Shown: positions 1 through 11,939 of the stretch, one piece after another
Layout of the letters: every line of letters starts with the position of its first letter
Position numbering within the stretch: position 1 is the first letter of the stretch
Assembly: GCF_001194135.2 (NCBI RefSeq)
Contig: NC_068987.1
Coordinates: 35,796,269 to 35,847,594, forward strand
Reading direction: 5' to 3'
Length of the DNA stretch: 51,326 nt
Source: Octopus bimaculoides
Lineage: Eukaryota
Made by a program: the position numbers and the translations under genes
Notes under the pieces: model-generated
Databases searched by the model: none
Seen by the model: the letters and a program-made list of their open reading frames with translations, nothing else
What the model was told of the DNA's origin: nothing

Positions 1-130
<130 letters not shown>

Positions 131-351
131 TATATATATTTACTTATATATATATAAATATATATATGTATCCATATAAATATACACAGATATGTATACC
201 TACATATACATACATGCACAAACATAAATATATACATCCATATACACATACACACATATATAGTTTTGTACAGAAGTGCACAAGTATATGCACACTTTCA
301 CGTAAGTACATATATCTTGCATATGATAGTATATTTATATACGCTTTATAA

Positions 352-1192
352 CTTGCAAATTAGTTTAAAGAATATGTTACAATATTGTTGTTGGTGTAAT
401 GTAATAAAGGCAACGATATTGAGTATTTTAAGTTGTATAGTTGATATTATTTAGTTACTTATAAATATATTGAAGGAAGAGAATTATGTTAAGGCTCCAC
501 ATGTTTCAGAAAAAAATCATTCAATAAACGAGCACATATTAATTTGAATTTGTTATATAGGTTAATGATTTTTAATATATATGGTTAATTATTATCAAAT
601 AATATCTAAGAATATGTTAAATGATAGTTATTAACTTCAGGTCGCGGAGCCAACGATAACGTATAATATAAACGTTGTAGTCGATATTATTTAGTTTTGT
701 GTAAATACAAGGGAGGAAGAGAATTACATTAGCTGAATTAATGACTCCAAAGGGTTCACAAAACTTTTTCCACTAGAAGGGCACGTATTAATTTCAATTT
801 GCTATTAATAATATATTTTATAATTATATTATCCTATGATATAATTATTTTATTTTTTAATTAAACTTAGAGAACACATTTCGACGCATGAATACAAGAA
901 TTTTTTTTTCATTTCAGGATTTAAAGTATTTTAAAAGTCTCTTCGATACAGAAGTTACATCTCCCACTTGAGACTCTGTAGCACATTGCAGATCTAACGA
1001 TGCCCCATCTCAATTTAGATTCAATGTAATTATCATTTAATTCCTATATGAACTTACTTAATCAAGTGGAGTTAATTTTTTGACTCTTTTTAAAACTCAG
1101 TAGGTGATGAGCGACTCTGAATTTAATTCTATTTTCAGTACAGCGTATATAATAATATTTTTCCCCTGAGATTTCACTATGTAGAATCTATG
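352..1192 (-). mobile_element. Penelope-like element remnant (GIY-YIG C-terminus plus 3' UTR), inverted copy
   Basis: The reverse complement aligns by eye with about 1510-2366, e.g. 'actgaaaatagaattaaattcagagtcgctcatcacctactgag' vs 'actgaaaataggattaaactcagagtggctaatcacctacagag'. It encodes degenerate '...RCNFCIEET' at the GIY-YIG end. Confidence 0.8.
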
Positions 1193-1231
1193 CAATTTTC
1201 TGTTATTAATAGATGGTATAATTATCATTAC

Positions 1232-2366
1232 AATTATATCATCTATTAATAACAGAAAATTGAATAAATTCTAAACTAATAGATCTATACAAGACATTAA
1301 GTCATATATACTATAACCCAATCTGCCAAACGTATACAATAATACTAAAAGCCAAAGATTCCCTTAGGACACAATGGGAATAAACCATACTAACTAACTT
1401 CGTATTAATTCTTAAATTAAATATACATTTAAAGATGTAAATGAAAATTGTGACTGCAAAGTTAAAACTAGCTATAAATTTAAATATTCATGTAAGAACG
1501 ATAACGTAGTGTACCAATGTACAATGGTATCTCAGGAAAAAATACTATTATATAGGTTCAACTGAAAATAGGATTAAACTCAGAGTGGCTAATCACCTAC
1601 AGAGTTTGACAAATAGACAAAAATTAATTCCACCGGATTAGATAAGTCCATATAGAAATTAAAAGATAAGATCATTGTATTTAGACTTAGAAAGGATATT
1701 ATTAGTTGTGCAATGTCTTAAAGAGTCTCAAACGGGTGATGCAACTTGGGTACCAAAGAGGCTTTTAGAATCCTAAACGATTCTTTAACTTAAGAAATGA
1801 AAAAATAATTCATACACCAAAATACGTGTTCTCCAAGTCTAATTTTTAAAAACATATAATTACATTATAGGACAATATAGATATAAAATATATTAATGAC
1901 AAACTGAATTTAATACGTGCTCTGTTATTGGAAGAATTTTTCGGAACTCCTTGGAGGTATTGATTCAGCTAAATTGTTTTCTCTCATGTTTTTACACATA
2001 ACTAAATAATATTGACTAAAACACTTATATTACACATTATTGAGGCCTCTATAATCTTGCATTAATAATTATAATTGAACATATTCTTAGATATTATTCA
2101 ATAATCATTAACTATATATATTAATTAAAATCATGAACCTATATAACAAACTGAAATTAATATGTAACCATTTATTGAATGATTTTTCTGATCCCTTTGG
2201 AGCTATTATTTCCAATAACGTAATCCTCTTCTTTCCATATATATATATATATATATACATACGCAACTAAATAATATCGACTATATAATTTACAGTACAC
2301 AATAACGGTGCGTTTATTACTTTCCGTCAACAACTACAATTTAGCATATTCTTCAAACTAAATCGA
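1232..2366 (+). mobile_element. Penelope-like element remnant (GIY-YIG endonuclease plus 3' UTR with ~240-bp tandem units)
   Basis: Degenerate translation gives 'IISSINNRKL' (~1235), 'ENCDCK...NVVYQC' (1443-1520) and 'YYIGSTENRIKLRVANHLQSL' (~1545-1605). This matches the PLE GIY-YIG layout CNC..C..VY..YIG.T...K.R..NH. Confidence 0.8.
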
Positions 2367-2399
2367 AAGGAATAAAGCGTATATAAGTGCGGGATTATA

Positions 2400-2690
2400 C
2401 GCAGAATATATGTACTTCTGTGAAAATATGGGTATATCTGTGCACAATTATGTATGCGCATGCGTGCGTGTGGGTGTGTGGATGTATATATTTATGTATG
2501 TATGGATGCCTATGCATATATATATGTATGAATATATATGTATGAGTGTATATATATATATTTGTGTGTGTGCGTATATATATATGTGTGTATATATATA
2601 TATGTTTATGCGTATGTATATATGTACATATACGTGTGTACATGTATGTATATATATACGTGTGAGCGTCGCTATATTTGTATGGATGCA
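2400..2690. repeat. Compound TA/TG/TATG low-complexity microsatellite
   Basis: Direct reading. It explains the four overlapping spurious ORFs here. Confidence 0.95.
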
Positions 2691-3611
2691 CAGGCTAATA
2701 TAACTGATAGTTTTGTGACCACATGACTCCAAATATTCAGATATTTTGAATAACCATTATGACTGGCTACATCTCTCTCTAGAGAAGCTATTGCGTATGT
2801 ATACTAATTTAAAATTCCCTCAACCAATGGGCACTGATTGATTAATTTTGAATTTGTATGTTAATTTTTTTATATATGTAAATGAGTATGAATATAAATG
2901 TATTTACATATTTTTTTTATATATATCATATAAATGGTTATCTATTGTCTTTTTGTCCTTCTTTCATTTACTTATTTCATATCTTTCAAATTTATTTTAA
3001 ATTTTCTTCATTTTATTATATTGCCATTTTCCCTTTATTTTATTTTCTGTTGTATTCTATCTTATTGTTTACCATTTATTATACTTTAATTGATCCGTTA
3101 ACCCTTCAGCGACACATAAAAATAAAAATGATAACTCCTCATATTTAGTCAGCTTACATGAACGAATATTTCGGCATGTAATATCTTAATGTACATCTTT
3201 TTCCCACAGGAAATTTGCTCCTAACATAAATGCAAATTTAAAGCACAAATTTGTAATTTACCAATTGGACACTAAGGGAAATGTCTGTAAGAAGTAAAGA
3301 TTACCAATTTTTTGATAATCAATAATTATTAACATTTAACACTCCCAATTAACTGATGAATGATATGTATGTGTATGTATGTATGCATGTATATGTATGT
3401 ATATATATATNNNNNNNNNNNNNNNNNNNNNNNNNNNNNNNNNNNNNNNNNNNNNNNNNNNNNNNNNNNNNNNNNNNNNNNNNNNNNNNNNNNNNNNNNN
3501 NNNNNNNNNNCTAAAAACTACAAATTTTTCTCTAATTGATAGCGATATTCATGGTACACAGAGAACTAAAAACAGAAGAGAAGAGTAAAAAAACAAACTT
3601 GCCTTTAATTA

Positions 3612-3675
3612 ATTTGGTACGAATCGTTTCACGATTAGTGGTAAGAAATTACCTCATTTCGATCTTCAGCCAAAT
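3612..3675 (-). ncRNA. Type-I hammerhead ribozyme motif
   Basis: The minus strand reads ATTTGG-CTGAAGA-T[CGA...TCG]T-GAAA-CGATTCG-TA-CCAAAT. Helix I is a perfect 6 bp, helix III is the near-palindrome ACGA-T-TCGT with a GUA cleavage triplet, and helix II carries an inner GGTAA/TTACC hairpin. Positions 10.1-11.1 are a U-U mismatch. Confidence 0.75.
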
Positions 3676-3863
3676 ATTTTAATAAATTTGCCAATGTCTA
3701 AATAACTCACGTAAATGTTGACCATGCGACATCAAGACCACGTGAGGCAGACATTAAGAAATTTATCGGCCAGTGAGTTTAAAATCTCTCAATATATATA
3801 TATTGATAGAACGGACAACAAAAGAAAGAAAGAGACCTCGATATGATGTAAATAGAGGAACTT

Positions 3864-4270
3864 ATCTGTAAATATATGTGACACTTATTCGGTAGCCATG
3901 ATAAAACTCCGAATTTCGGATGCCGGGGTGGGAACCCCCGCTCCCATCTCTTTAGTTATCCGGCCATTGACAATTCCTGTGAAAAATGACCGTTAAACAA
4001 AGGGAAATTACGGTGTGGTTGACCGTTATTAAGACAAAAGAGCTATGGACCGCTGAGTAAGGGGAGGGAGTAAAGGTAAGGGAATAGAAAAGTCTATAGT
4101 GTTCGCATAAGCGCACCAATCCATACATTCGCATATATGTAAATATTCAAACACCCCTCGCTTGAAACACACACATTCTTAACCACATACTGCGTGGGTT
4201 CCCCACCCCCCGACATCCGAAAGAGTCGGAGTTTTATTATGGTTATCGAATAAGTGTCACATATCTTTAC

Positions 4271-4274
<4 letters not shown>
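3864..4274. mobile_element. Non-coding element bounded by ~75-bp imperfect inverted repeats (MITE-like, or inverted end of a non-autonomous retroelement)
   Basis: 3864-3936 'atctgtaaatatatgtgacacttattcggtagccatgataaaactccg...ggaacc' is the reverse complement, with a few mismatches, of 4197-4274. The right end abuts (TA)n. Confidence 0.8.
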
Positions 4275-4316
<42 letters not shown>

Positions 4317-4779
4317 GGAGTTATGTTTTATATTCGGATTCTATACATTACCTGGTGTTCATTTTGGTGTGAGAAATAATTGTCAAATTTTAAAAAGAAT
4401 GCGACCACCTTCTGCCCATCGCATTGCCCCTGCACTCTATTTCTACGTTTTGAATACTGAAAATTTAATGAAATGTAAATTTGTGTCAATTGTATTGGTT
4501 AAATATTGCCTGTATGACTTTTTTATAATTTATATATCCACTCCCACTAGGAAAGTAAAATAGTTACTGGGATCTTTATTTATATAGTTTGTATCAAATT
4601 ATTTTATAAAAAAAAGCCCACTCTCAGCGTAAAAACAACATTATTAATTTTTAAGAACTATTATGATATGCAATAAAACATTCATGCCCAAAACTCAAAC
4701 GAAAGACATGAACACTGAATACCATAAAATAGGCCTTAATAGCAGTAATTATTAAATTAAATGACCATGGTATTTTCAA

Positions 4780-7114
4780 GTCAATGTAAAGTAATCTTTG
4801 CCTTCATTTCTGTAATTTTAATATGAATGTGTACCTATTTTCGTTGCCTATTCTGACTTTCTAAACTTTTGTCACTAAATTGATAGCATGCTCGTCTCCT
4901 TGGCTATTACAGGGAAGAGGTATTCATGGTAATGGTCCTGAACGAGCTTTAAGAAGATCAACATTTGTAAAGTTCCGTAAATCTGGAGGAGATGTCATAA
5001 CTCTATGTTCCCAGTTAATGAAATCAACGTAATCCTGAGCTTCAAAATTAATTTTGCTTAACCGTTTGAAATTTCTTAATTCTTCAATGGGTATTCAGGG
5101 AAAAGTACTTGCTTTAACAATTCGCTGAATTGCTACTTTGCTAAATTGTCTCCCTCCATCATGCAGCATAGTTCATTAAAATATTCTTTGGATTGGCAAA
5201 ATACGAATTAGTTTTTAACTATTTCTCCATAATTTCTTTATGATCTTGGTTCATATCTCACTTTAATGTGCCATATACCAAAAAGTACTTGCTATTTCAT
5301 GTAACTATGAGTGAGACTCAATTCAGAACCAGCTTGGAGCATAAACATGCGTTATGATTTTAACAACATATATAATATACTTTCGGGCATTTTTTTCATA
5401 TAAGTGAATAATTCTGTTTGTACGTGTTAGCCATCTTGATCGATGGATTTTACCGTGTGATTTTGCTGCCAACTGCTCAGAAACAAACCCTGTCTCAATA
5501 TCGAGGCACATTTCATACAGATATTTTGGATCTGAGCTCAAAGTATCAAGAACTTCTAATGGCAACTCCTTCACATTAGTTTTTACAGGATAAAATTTGA
5601 TTATCTTGAAGTTTGTTACATCTTTAATTTTATTGCCAATTAATTCTTTTCATGTTCGTGGCCCTGTTGGTCTTCCATCTATGGATTCAAATACCTGTCG
5701 AAACGGAAGCTCATTTCTATGTTGCAGGCATATCAGCTACTGAAGTAGTTTATTTAAGTGTAAATCAATTATCTTAATTACCCCTCCTAAATGACCAGTG
5801 TTTAATGGAGGGCCTTTCACATAACACAGCCTTTAAACTTTCTTGACTGTCAGAATCAATTAAAAACGTAATATCGTCAGCAATGCAAAGAGCTGTACCA
5901 TTATGTGGAGAAATGTGATCTAAAAACTCGTCATCGGGCTCTTTCATAATAATATAGTACTCTTCACTTTCCATCCCACTTGCTGTTTTAGTTTCATCCT
6001 TTCTGACATCAAAACCGATGAAGTCGATTTCCATATCCTGTTTTCATTCTTATAACATAGTTTTTCCAACTGTTTTTCTTTCTCTTTCAACATTTTTGTT
6101 AACTAGCATATCGTCCACCTAGCTTATCTCACAAAGCTGCATTAACAATGGCAGCAGCAGGTCTGCAACTTACCCGATATTTGTCTGCTGTGATGGCTAG
6201 ATTCTCATAATGTTTTGTTGCTTTTCTCTCAGTTCATTGTCTGGAAAAAGTCGATGTCATCGTCATCATTGTCACATGAATCACAACTATCTTCAGTTAT
6301 ATTACTTGGGAATTGACAACTAGTTGAAACAACATCCATGTCTAAGCGCATTTTTACCTTCCTGTTTTCAAATCTTTTCGATTTATCTGCAGTTATTTTT
6401 GTATCTGAAGTTATTTTTCTGTCATCAGGTCTTAGGTGATTCAGCTTTTTTTCCTTTAAAACAATTGATTCCCATTCCATTTTTTATATTCTTATGCTCC
6501 ACCTACAGTCATATATTTTTATGTGCTTGTCATAACACGTGCAGATGCATATATCAAACATTTCATTGAACTCCTCTAAATATTTATCAAAACTATCACC
6601 TTTTTGCCTGATACTTATTCTGCTTAATTTATGAGCAAATATAAACAATTTCTCAAGTTTTAGAGCTATTCCCTCAAACCCAATATAAGGAAAATAAATT
6701 TTTTCCCATATTGTTTGCACATCTGCAGCAACAATCCGGTAGCATTCTTTCGCTGTGCGTGAAATTTTTGATATCTCTTTACGGTTTCTAATGTATAAAT
6801 TATGTCGGAATACATCAGACTTTGATGGCGTGATTACTGTAAGAAATTCTGCAGGAAATCCAAATGCTGAATTACTGCCTTTGCGGCTAGTTACCGTTTT
6901 ATATACTTAAATTATTACTGTTTAAATTTATATATTTTTGTAAAGGTTAGCTCTGAAATCATCTGAAAAACAAAAGAAAATCATTTAACAAATGCATATA
7001 TTTTCTAAACGAAAATTATTTAACATACATTGAAATGTTGTAATTGTACCAAATTCGAAGTATACCTACCTACCAATTGTCTTATATCTCAATATTTTTG
7101 TTCTTTTTACTCAT
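4780..7114 (-). pseudogene. Cut-and-paste DDE transposase pseudogene, hAT-superfamily-like (hATm-like, tentative)
   Basis: Frameshifted pieces in order: 'VQTIWEKIYFP...MFDICICTC', 'FIGFDVRKDETKT...EEYYIIMKEP', 'NTGHLGGVI...LICLQHRNELPFRQVFESIDGRPTGP' (CxxH), 'LSSDPKYLYEMC...SRWLTRTNRIIHLY', 'INFEAQDYVDFINW', 'LPCNSQGDEHAINLVT'. Multiple stops; no TIR pair found. Confidence 0.8.
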
Positions 7115-7339
7115 CGGATGTTTAGACAAGGTGTCTATAATGAAATATGATCAAATGTTTCATATCGATTAGCAATTTAGTACATATTTGCTAGAGATTA
7201 TATGGTTAATATAGAAAATTAGGGTATTTAATTGTGAGGGTTGTATGCGAGGTGTACTGGGGTTACATAATTCTAATTTCGATATATTTCTTAAAAAAAT
7301 ACTATTTGAAACACTGTGCATACCTTGGAATTAAAGTTC

Positions 7340-7510
7340 CTTAAGATGGTTGTGTTTCCTTCAGTTTCCATCTTCCAAATCCACTAAGTCTCTGGTCGGC
7401 TCAAGGCTGTAGTAGAAAACCCTTGCCCAATGTGCCAGGCATTGGCACTGAACCCGCAACCATGTGGTTGGGAAGCATGCTTCTTACCACATAACCAGGC
7501 CAGTGCCTAT
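7340..7510 (-). mobile_element. Octopus-type tRNA-derived SINE, head region (family A)
   Basis: The reverse complement gives 'taggcactggcctggttatgtggtaagaagcatgcttcccaaccacatggttgcgggttcagtgcc' with Pol III A/B-box-like motifs. Homologous to 17360-17460 and 42515-42680. Confidence 0.85.
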
Positions 7511-7679
7511 ACATGTGACATTTCGTTTTATCAGATATGGTGTGATGCAATGTAAATTCCTGTAAAGTATGAGCTCAAAACCGAAGTTAATGAATAGTTT
7601 AGGTTATTTTGGCGGTATTTCATCTATTTCTATTACACCGTTCGTCAACAGTAATATTATTTTCTACTCTAGGCACAGA

Positions 7680-7865
7680 GCTCATAGTTTTTAGGGAGTA
7701 GGTCCGTCGATTAGATCGACCCCAGTATGAAACTAGTATTTGATTTATCGACTCCAAAAGAATGAACGACAAAGTCGACTTCGGCGGAATTTGAATTGAG
7801 AACGTAAAGATAGACGAAATACCGCTAAGCATTTCGGCCGCTGTGCAAACGTTTCTCGCCGTCTT
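7680..7865 (-). mobile_element. Octopus-type tRNA-derived SINE (family B)
   Basis: Contains 'atcgaccccag...ttatcgactccaaaagaatgaacgacaaagtcgacttcggcggaatttgaa'. Reverse-complement homologue of 28528-28715. Confidence 0.85.
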
Positions 7866-8479
7866 CAACAACAGTAATATTGGAAACACAAAGAAATACA
7901 CCATTTTGAGTACACCGATCAAATGAAATAGAATTACGATAATACCGATGAGCACAGAGCTATTTTTTTCGATGCATGGGAGAACGTTCAATTCGCGTTA
8001 GCTGTCTACCTTGGAATCCACCTAAACAGTACAAAGTTAGGTGTAGAATGATGCATCCTCGTCTATTTAGTGCTACAATCAACGGCGAATATTCACATGA
8101 AGGCTTTTTATGAAAACTTTAACATTTCTCGAAATTTGATGACTTTCTCTGTCATAGGTACCAAACACTGATTTTTACACAACAGTTCTATTATAACAGA
8201 TTGCAGCATCTTTCATAAACATAATTATCAATTCTTTTCAATGCCTACATATTGCAGCGTGCATTAAAGCTCAGAATCATACAACAATTCAACTTGCATA
8301 TTTTATGCAGATATATTTAATCATTTAAGAAGTGACTTAAGAAGTGATTGTCATATAAAGATGTTAGTCATTTTATCGACATTAATTTTTAACTCGAAAC
8401 ATATAAAGTTGGATTCGTATTTAACTTAAGAATATTATGAAGTACCATAATTAATGTTGCGTATATTTCACATCAATAC

Positions 8480-8700
8480 CCTATACACATACCAATAAAC
8501 CCAAGCATACACACACAGCGCGCACAGAGACACACTCATATACATACATACATATATACATACATAAATATACATATAAATATATATATATATATATACA
8601 CACGTGTATTTATGTATATTTGTATATGGTAAAGTATGCATGCATATGCATATATATGACTCTTTATATCGTTTTTTTATATGCTTGTACATTTTTATAT
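8480..8700. repeat. CA/TA low-complexity tract
   Basis: Direct reading. Confidence 0.9.
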
Positions 8701-8741
8701 TTATATTAGAATGTTGTAAACTTCATGAACTGAAATTTGTA

Positions 8742-8875
8742 AATCTCTGAAGAGGCCTAGAGAATCATGCATGTATCTCCATTGCATCCTTTTGATCTAC
8801 CAATTACTCTAGCTTACTGGATTTATATAGATAGAATGTGGCATGCCACCTCTAGGCCGAAACAGCAGGTAAGAC
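8742..8875 (+). ncRNA. Type-I hammerhead ribozyme motif with long helix II insert
   Basis: AATCT-CTGAAGA(8747-8753)-GGCCTAGAG(8754-8762)...87 nt...CTCTAGGCC(8850-8858)-GAAA-CAGCAG-GTA-AGAC. Helix II is a perfect 9 bp and the core is intact. Helix III is short (AC/GU); helix I is 3 bp plus a mismatch. Confidence 0.75.
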
Positions 8876-9953
8876 TTTGTCCCTTCTTTGGTCACTTTTG
8901 AATATTGAATTTTTAATTGTTGATATGACATAATGTGTCACTTGTGTTTGTATATTGTCTTTATTGTCCTTTTGGTTGAAAAATAAACAGGTTAATTAAC
9001 ATAATACGGTGTATGCAAGTTGATGAGTACCACATATTCCCCTCCATTTTCTTATTGATATATATATATATNNNNNNNNNNNNNNNNNNNNNNNNNNNNN
9101 NNNNNNNNNNNNNNNNNNNNNNNNNNNNNNNNNNNNNNNNNNNNNNNNNNNNNNNNNNNNNNNNNNNNNNNNNNNNNNNNNNNNNNNNNNNNNNNNNNNN
9201 NNNNNNNNNNNNNNNNNNNNNNNNNNNNNNNNNNNNNNNNNNNNNNNNNNNNNNNNNNNNNNNNNNNNNNNNNNNNNNNNNNNNNNNNNNNNNNNNNNNN
9301 NNNNNNNNNNNNNNNNNNNNNNNNNNNNNNNNNNNNNNNNNNNNNNNNNNNNNNNNNNNNNNNNNNNNNNNNNNNNNNNNNNNNNNNNNNNNNNNNNNNN
9401 NNNNNNNNNNNNNNNNNNNNNNNNNNNNNNNNNNNNNNNNNNNNNNNNNNNNNNNNNNNNNNNNNNNNNNNNNNNNNNNNNNNNNNNNNNNNNNNNNNNN
9501 NNNNNNNNNNNNNNNNNNNNNNNNNNNNNNNNNNNNNNNNNNNNNNNNNNNNNNNNNNNNNNNNNNNNNNNNNNNNNNNNNNNNNNNNNNNNNNNNNNNN
9601 NNNNNNNNNNNNNNNNNNNNNNNNNNNNNNNNNNNNNNNNNNNNNNNNNNNNNNNNNNNNNNNNNNNNNNNNNNNNNNNNNNNNNNNNNNNNNNNNNNNN
9701 NNNNNNNNNNNNNNNNNNNNNNNNNNNNNNNNNNNNNNNNNNNNNNNNNNNNNNNNNNNNNNNNNNNNNNNNNNNNNNNNNNNNNNNNNNNNNNNNNNNN
9801 NNNNNNNNNNNNNNNNNNNNNNNNNNNNNNNNNNNNNNNNNNNNNNNNNNNNNNNNNNNNNNNNNNNNNNNNNNNNNNNNNNNNNNNNNNNNNNNNNNNN
9901 NNNNNNNNNNNNNNNNNNNNNNNNNNNNNNNNNNNNNNNNNNNNNNNNNNNNN

Positions 9954-9989
<36 letters not shown>

Positions 9990-10199
9990 TAAAATACAAA
10001 ATGGGTCAAGAACGCAAAACATCCAGACAGTGGGACAACAAAACATACACAATTTGGATGTAGGGCTAGATAAAATAATGGTTTCGTTTCAAACATTAGG
10101 ACAATAATTGGACAACATTTGATAGTATAGAAAATCCTATGATACTTACCGGTTAAATGCCTCTTGTACAGTTTCACTGCATTTAACCCTTGCTTGTAC

Positions 10200-10620
10200 T
10201 ACAATCATTACACATAAGACAATTATTAAAACTTGCCCGTCAATAGAGATTTTAGAAATTCCAAATATAACAGTTTCTTTCAAATTGTTGTATGATTCAG
10301 AGCTATATGTTCATTATGTTGTTCAATTTCTTACCCATTTATTTAAACATTTCATTGGATTCTGCCGAAGTCTAAAATCTCCTAGCAAATTTCTGAGGTA
10401 AATCTAAATCTACCAGTAAATAGGTCTCTATGACATATAGGGTCATAGACATCATAAGAACATATTTGTAAATGAGGAAAACATGACTTAAAATGGTACA
10501 TCAACATATATTTCGAAATCCAAGTAGATTCGGTTCGAAGTATGACAACTTTTGTACGTTTCACATTATTTGTATTAGCTATGGGTCTTTTAAAGCAAAG
10601 GGATCTTAGTTGTGGAAACA
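10200..10620 (-). mobile_element. Possible highly decayed PLE thumb/GIY-YIG fragment
   Basis: ORF 10382-10624 'KSCFPHLQICSYDVYDPICHRDLFTGRF' only loosely resembles KD.+P...S.VVY..C..C...Y+G. Confidence 0.3.
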
Positions 10621-11134
10621 ACATAATTGTTAATATCAGTAAAAATATTGCGGGTCAAATAATAATTGTGTGTGTAAATTCTATTATAAGTTTGCTAATA
10701 AATCCCGTGTCTTGATTGGTTGAGCTGAGATATTTGATAGCGTGTTTACTGCTGAATATAGTTTATTTTTTCTTGAAATTAAAATGGAGTTATTTTGAAT
10801 TAAGCAGATTCTGTTCCCTATTCTAATCTGGTAATATTACACAGCAATGCGTGTTTATTTATTCGGATTATTCTATGAAGGTTTTTTTCTTTCCTGTACG
10901 ACCATCTGATGAAAACATTTGAGAATTATTTTGATGTAAGGTTGTAATTTTCATATAAAATGAACGCACATAGACAGCATGAGTCTTTCGTAACAGTTCA
11001 ATATGTTTGCTTCAGCTTGCCTAGTAATTGATTTTAAGAATTTAAATTTAACTTCCCTTATCAAAAAGTACATAATTATTCAAAAATCTGTCTGTGCTTG
11101 GGATATTTCTTTGCTTCAAATAAACAAATACATA

Positions 11135-11300
11135 TCTTTCCACTATAGACACATGACCTGAAATTGTGGAGGAAGAGGCTACTCAACTACATCAGCCCCA
11201 ATACATGAACTGTACTTATTTATCGACCCCGAAAGAATGGAATCCATTATCGATCCCAATAGTATTTGACCTCAGAACCTAAACCTGGAAGAAAAGTTGC
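11135..11300 (-). mobile_element. Degenerate SINE (family B)
   Basis: 'tacttatttatcgaccccgaaagaatgg...tttgacctcagaac' matches the 7680-7865 family. Confidence 0.7.
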
Positions 11301-11399
11301 CAAATATTATTTAATCATATTTTATTTCCTTTCTTTGTTATCTAACTTCATTATTTAACGACATAGTCCTCTTCTATTAATTGACAAGAACAAGATGCA

Positions 11400-11930
11400 T
11401 CCCACAAGTTTTGTGACATTCTCAAGAGAGATGTTTATTTATTTTGTAGGTGTACAAAACTCTAACCTCCTTCAAAGGAAGATTTTCTGACTTCAATGTA
11501 TTTGATGCTGCACTACACCTACCTCGTGAAAGCCCCATGGAAGTTCTCCATAGACGTGCTGTCCAGGGTCCTTGTTACAGCTTGGGGGAATAAGACAAAG
11601 TCACAGAGATTAAGGTGTAGACACTAAGGAGGCTGAGGGATAATTTTCCGTCCGATCTCTTTCAAGTTGTTGGCTACCAGCATGGAACTGTGGACCGGTG
11701 CATTGTCCTGCTGCATCTGACCTGGCCTTTTGCGGCAAAATTTCTTGCTGAACTGTCACCAATACTGCACAAAGTACTTTTTGTGGACCATCTGGCTAGA
11801 GAGGACCAATTGTATATTGATGATACCCTTACTGTACTGTCTAAAAATATAATTATCATAAGCTTTGATGTAGACATGCACTGACTAGCGTCGTATGCCA
11901 AGGAAAAAGAAATGATCGGCTAAAAGAAGT
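11400..11930 (-). mobile_element. Mariner (Tc1/mariner DD34D) 3' remnant
   Basis: Minus-strand translation 'KRPGQMQQDNAPVHSS' and 'IPQPP*..NLCDFVLFPKL' corresponds to the HDNA.H and PPYSPDLAPCDF motifs. Confidence 0.8.
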
Positions 11931-11939
11931 TAACCGAAA

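Noticed and set aside
7312-7318. CACAGTG (RSS/Transib-like heptamer) on the minus strand upstream of the transposase
   Set aside because: No nonamer at 12 or 23 bp, no matching TIR found at the other end, and the protein motifs are not Transib/RAG1.
7340-7510. tRNA-like A/B boxes here and in other SINE heads
   Set aside because: They belong to SINE heads and do not form complete cloverleaf tRNA genes.
8961-10177. Long ORFs spanning N-runs (also at 25.5-28.2, 31.9-33.2, 34.9-35.7, 40.4-41.0 and 44.1-45.8 kb)
   Set aside because: Artefacts of translating gaps and microsatellites. Only the 26545-26994 portion is real coding (LINE) sequence.
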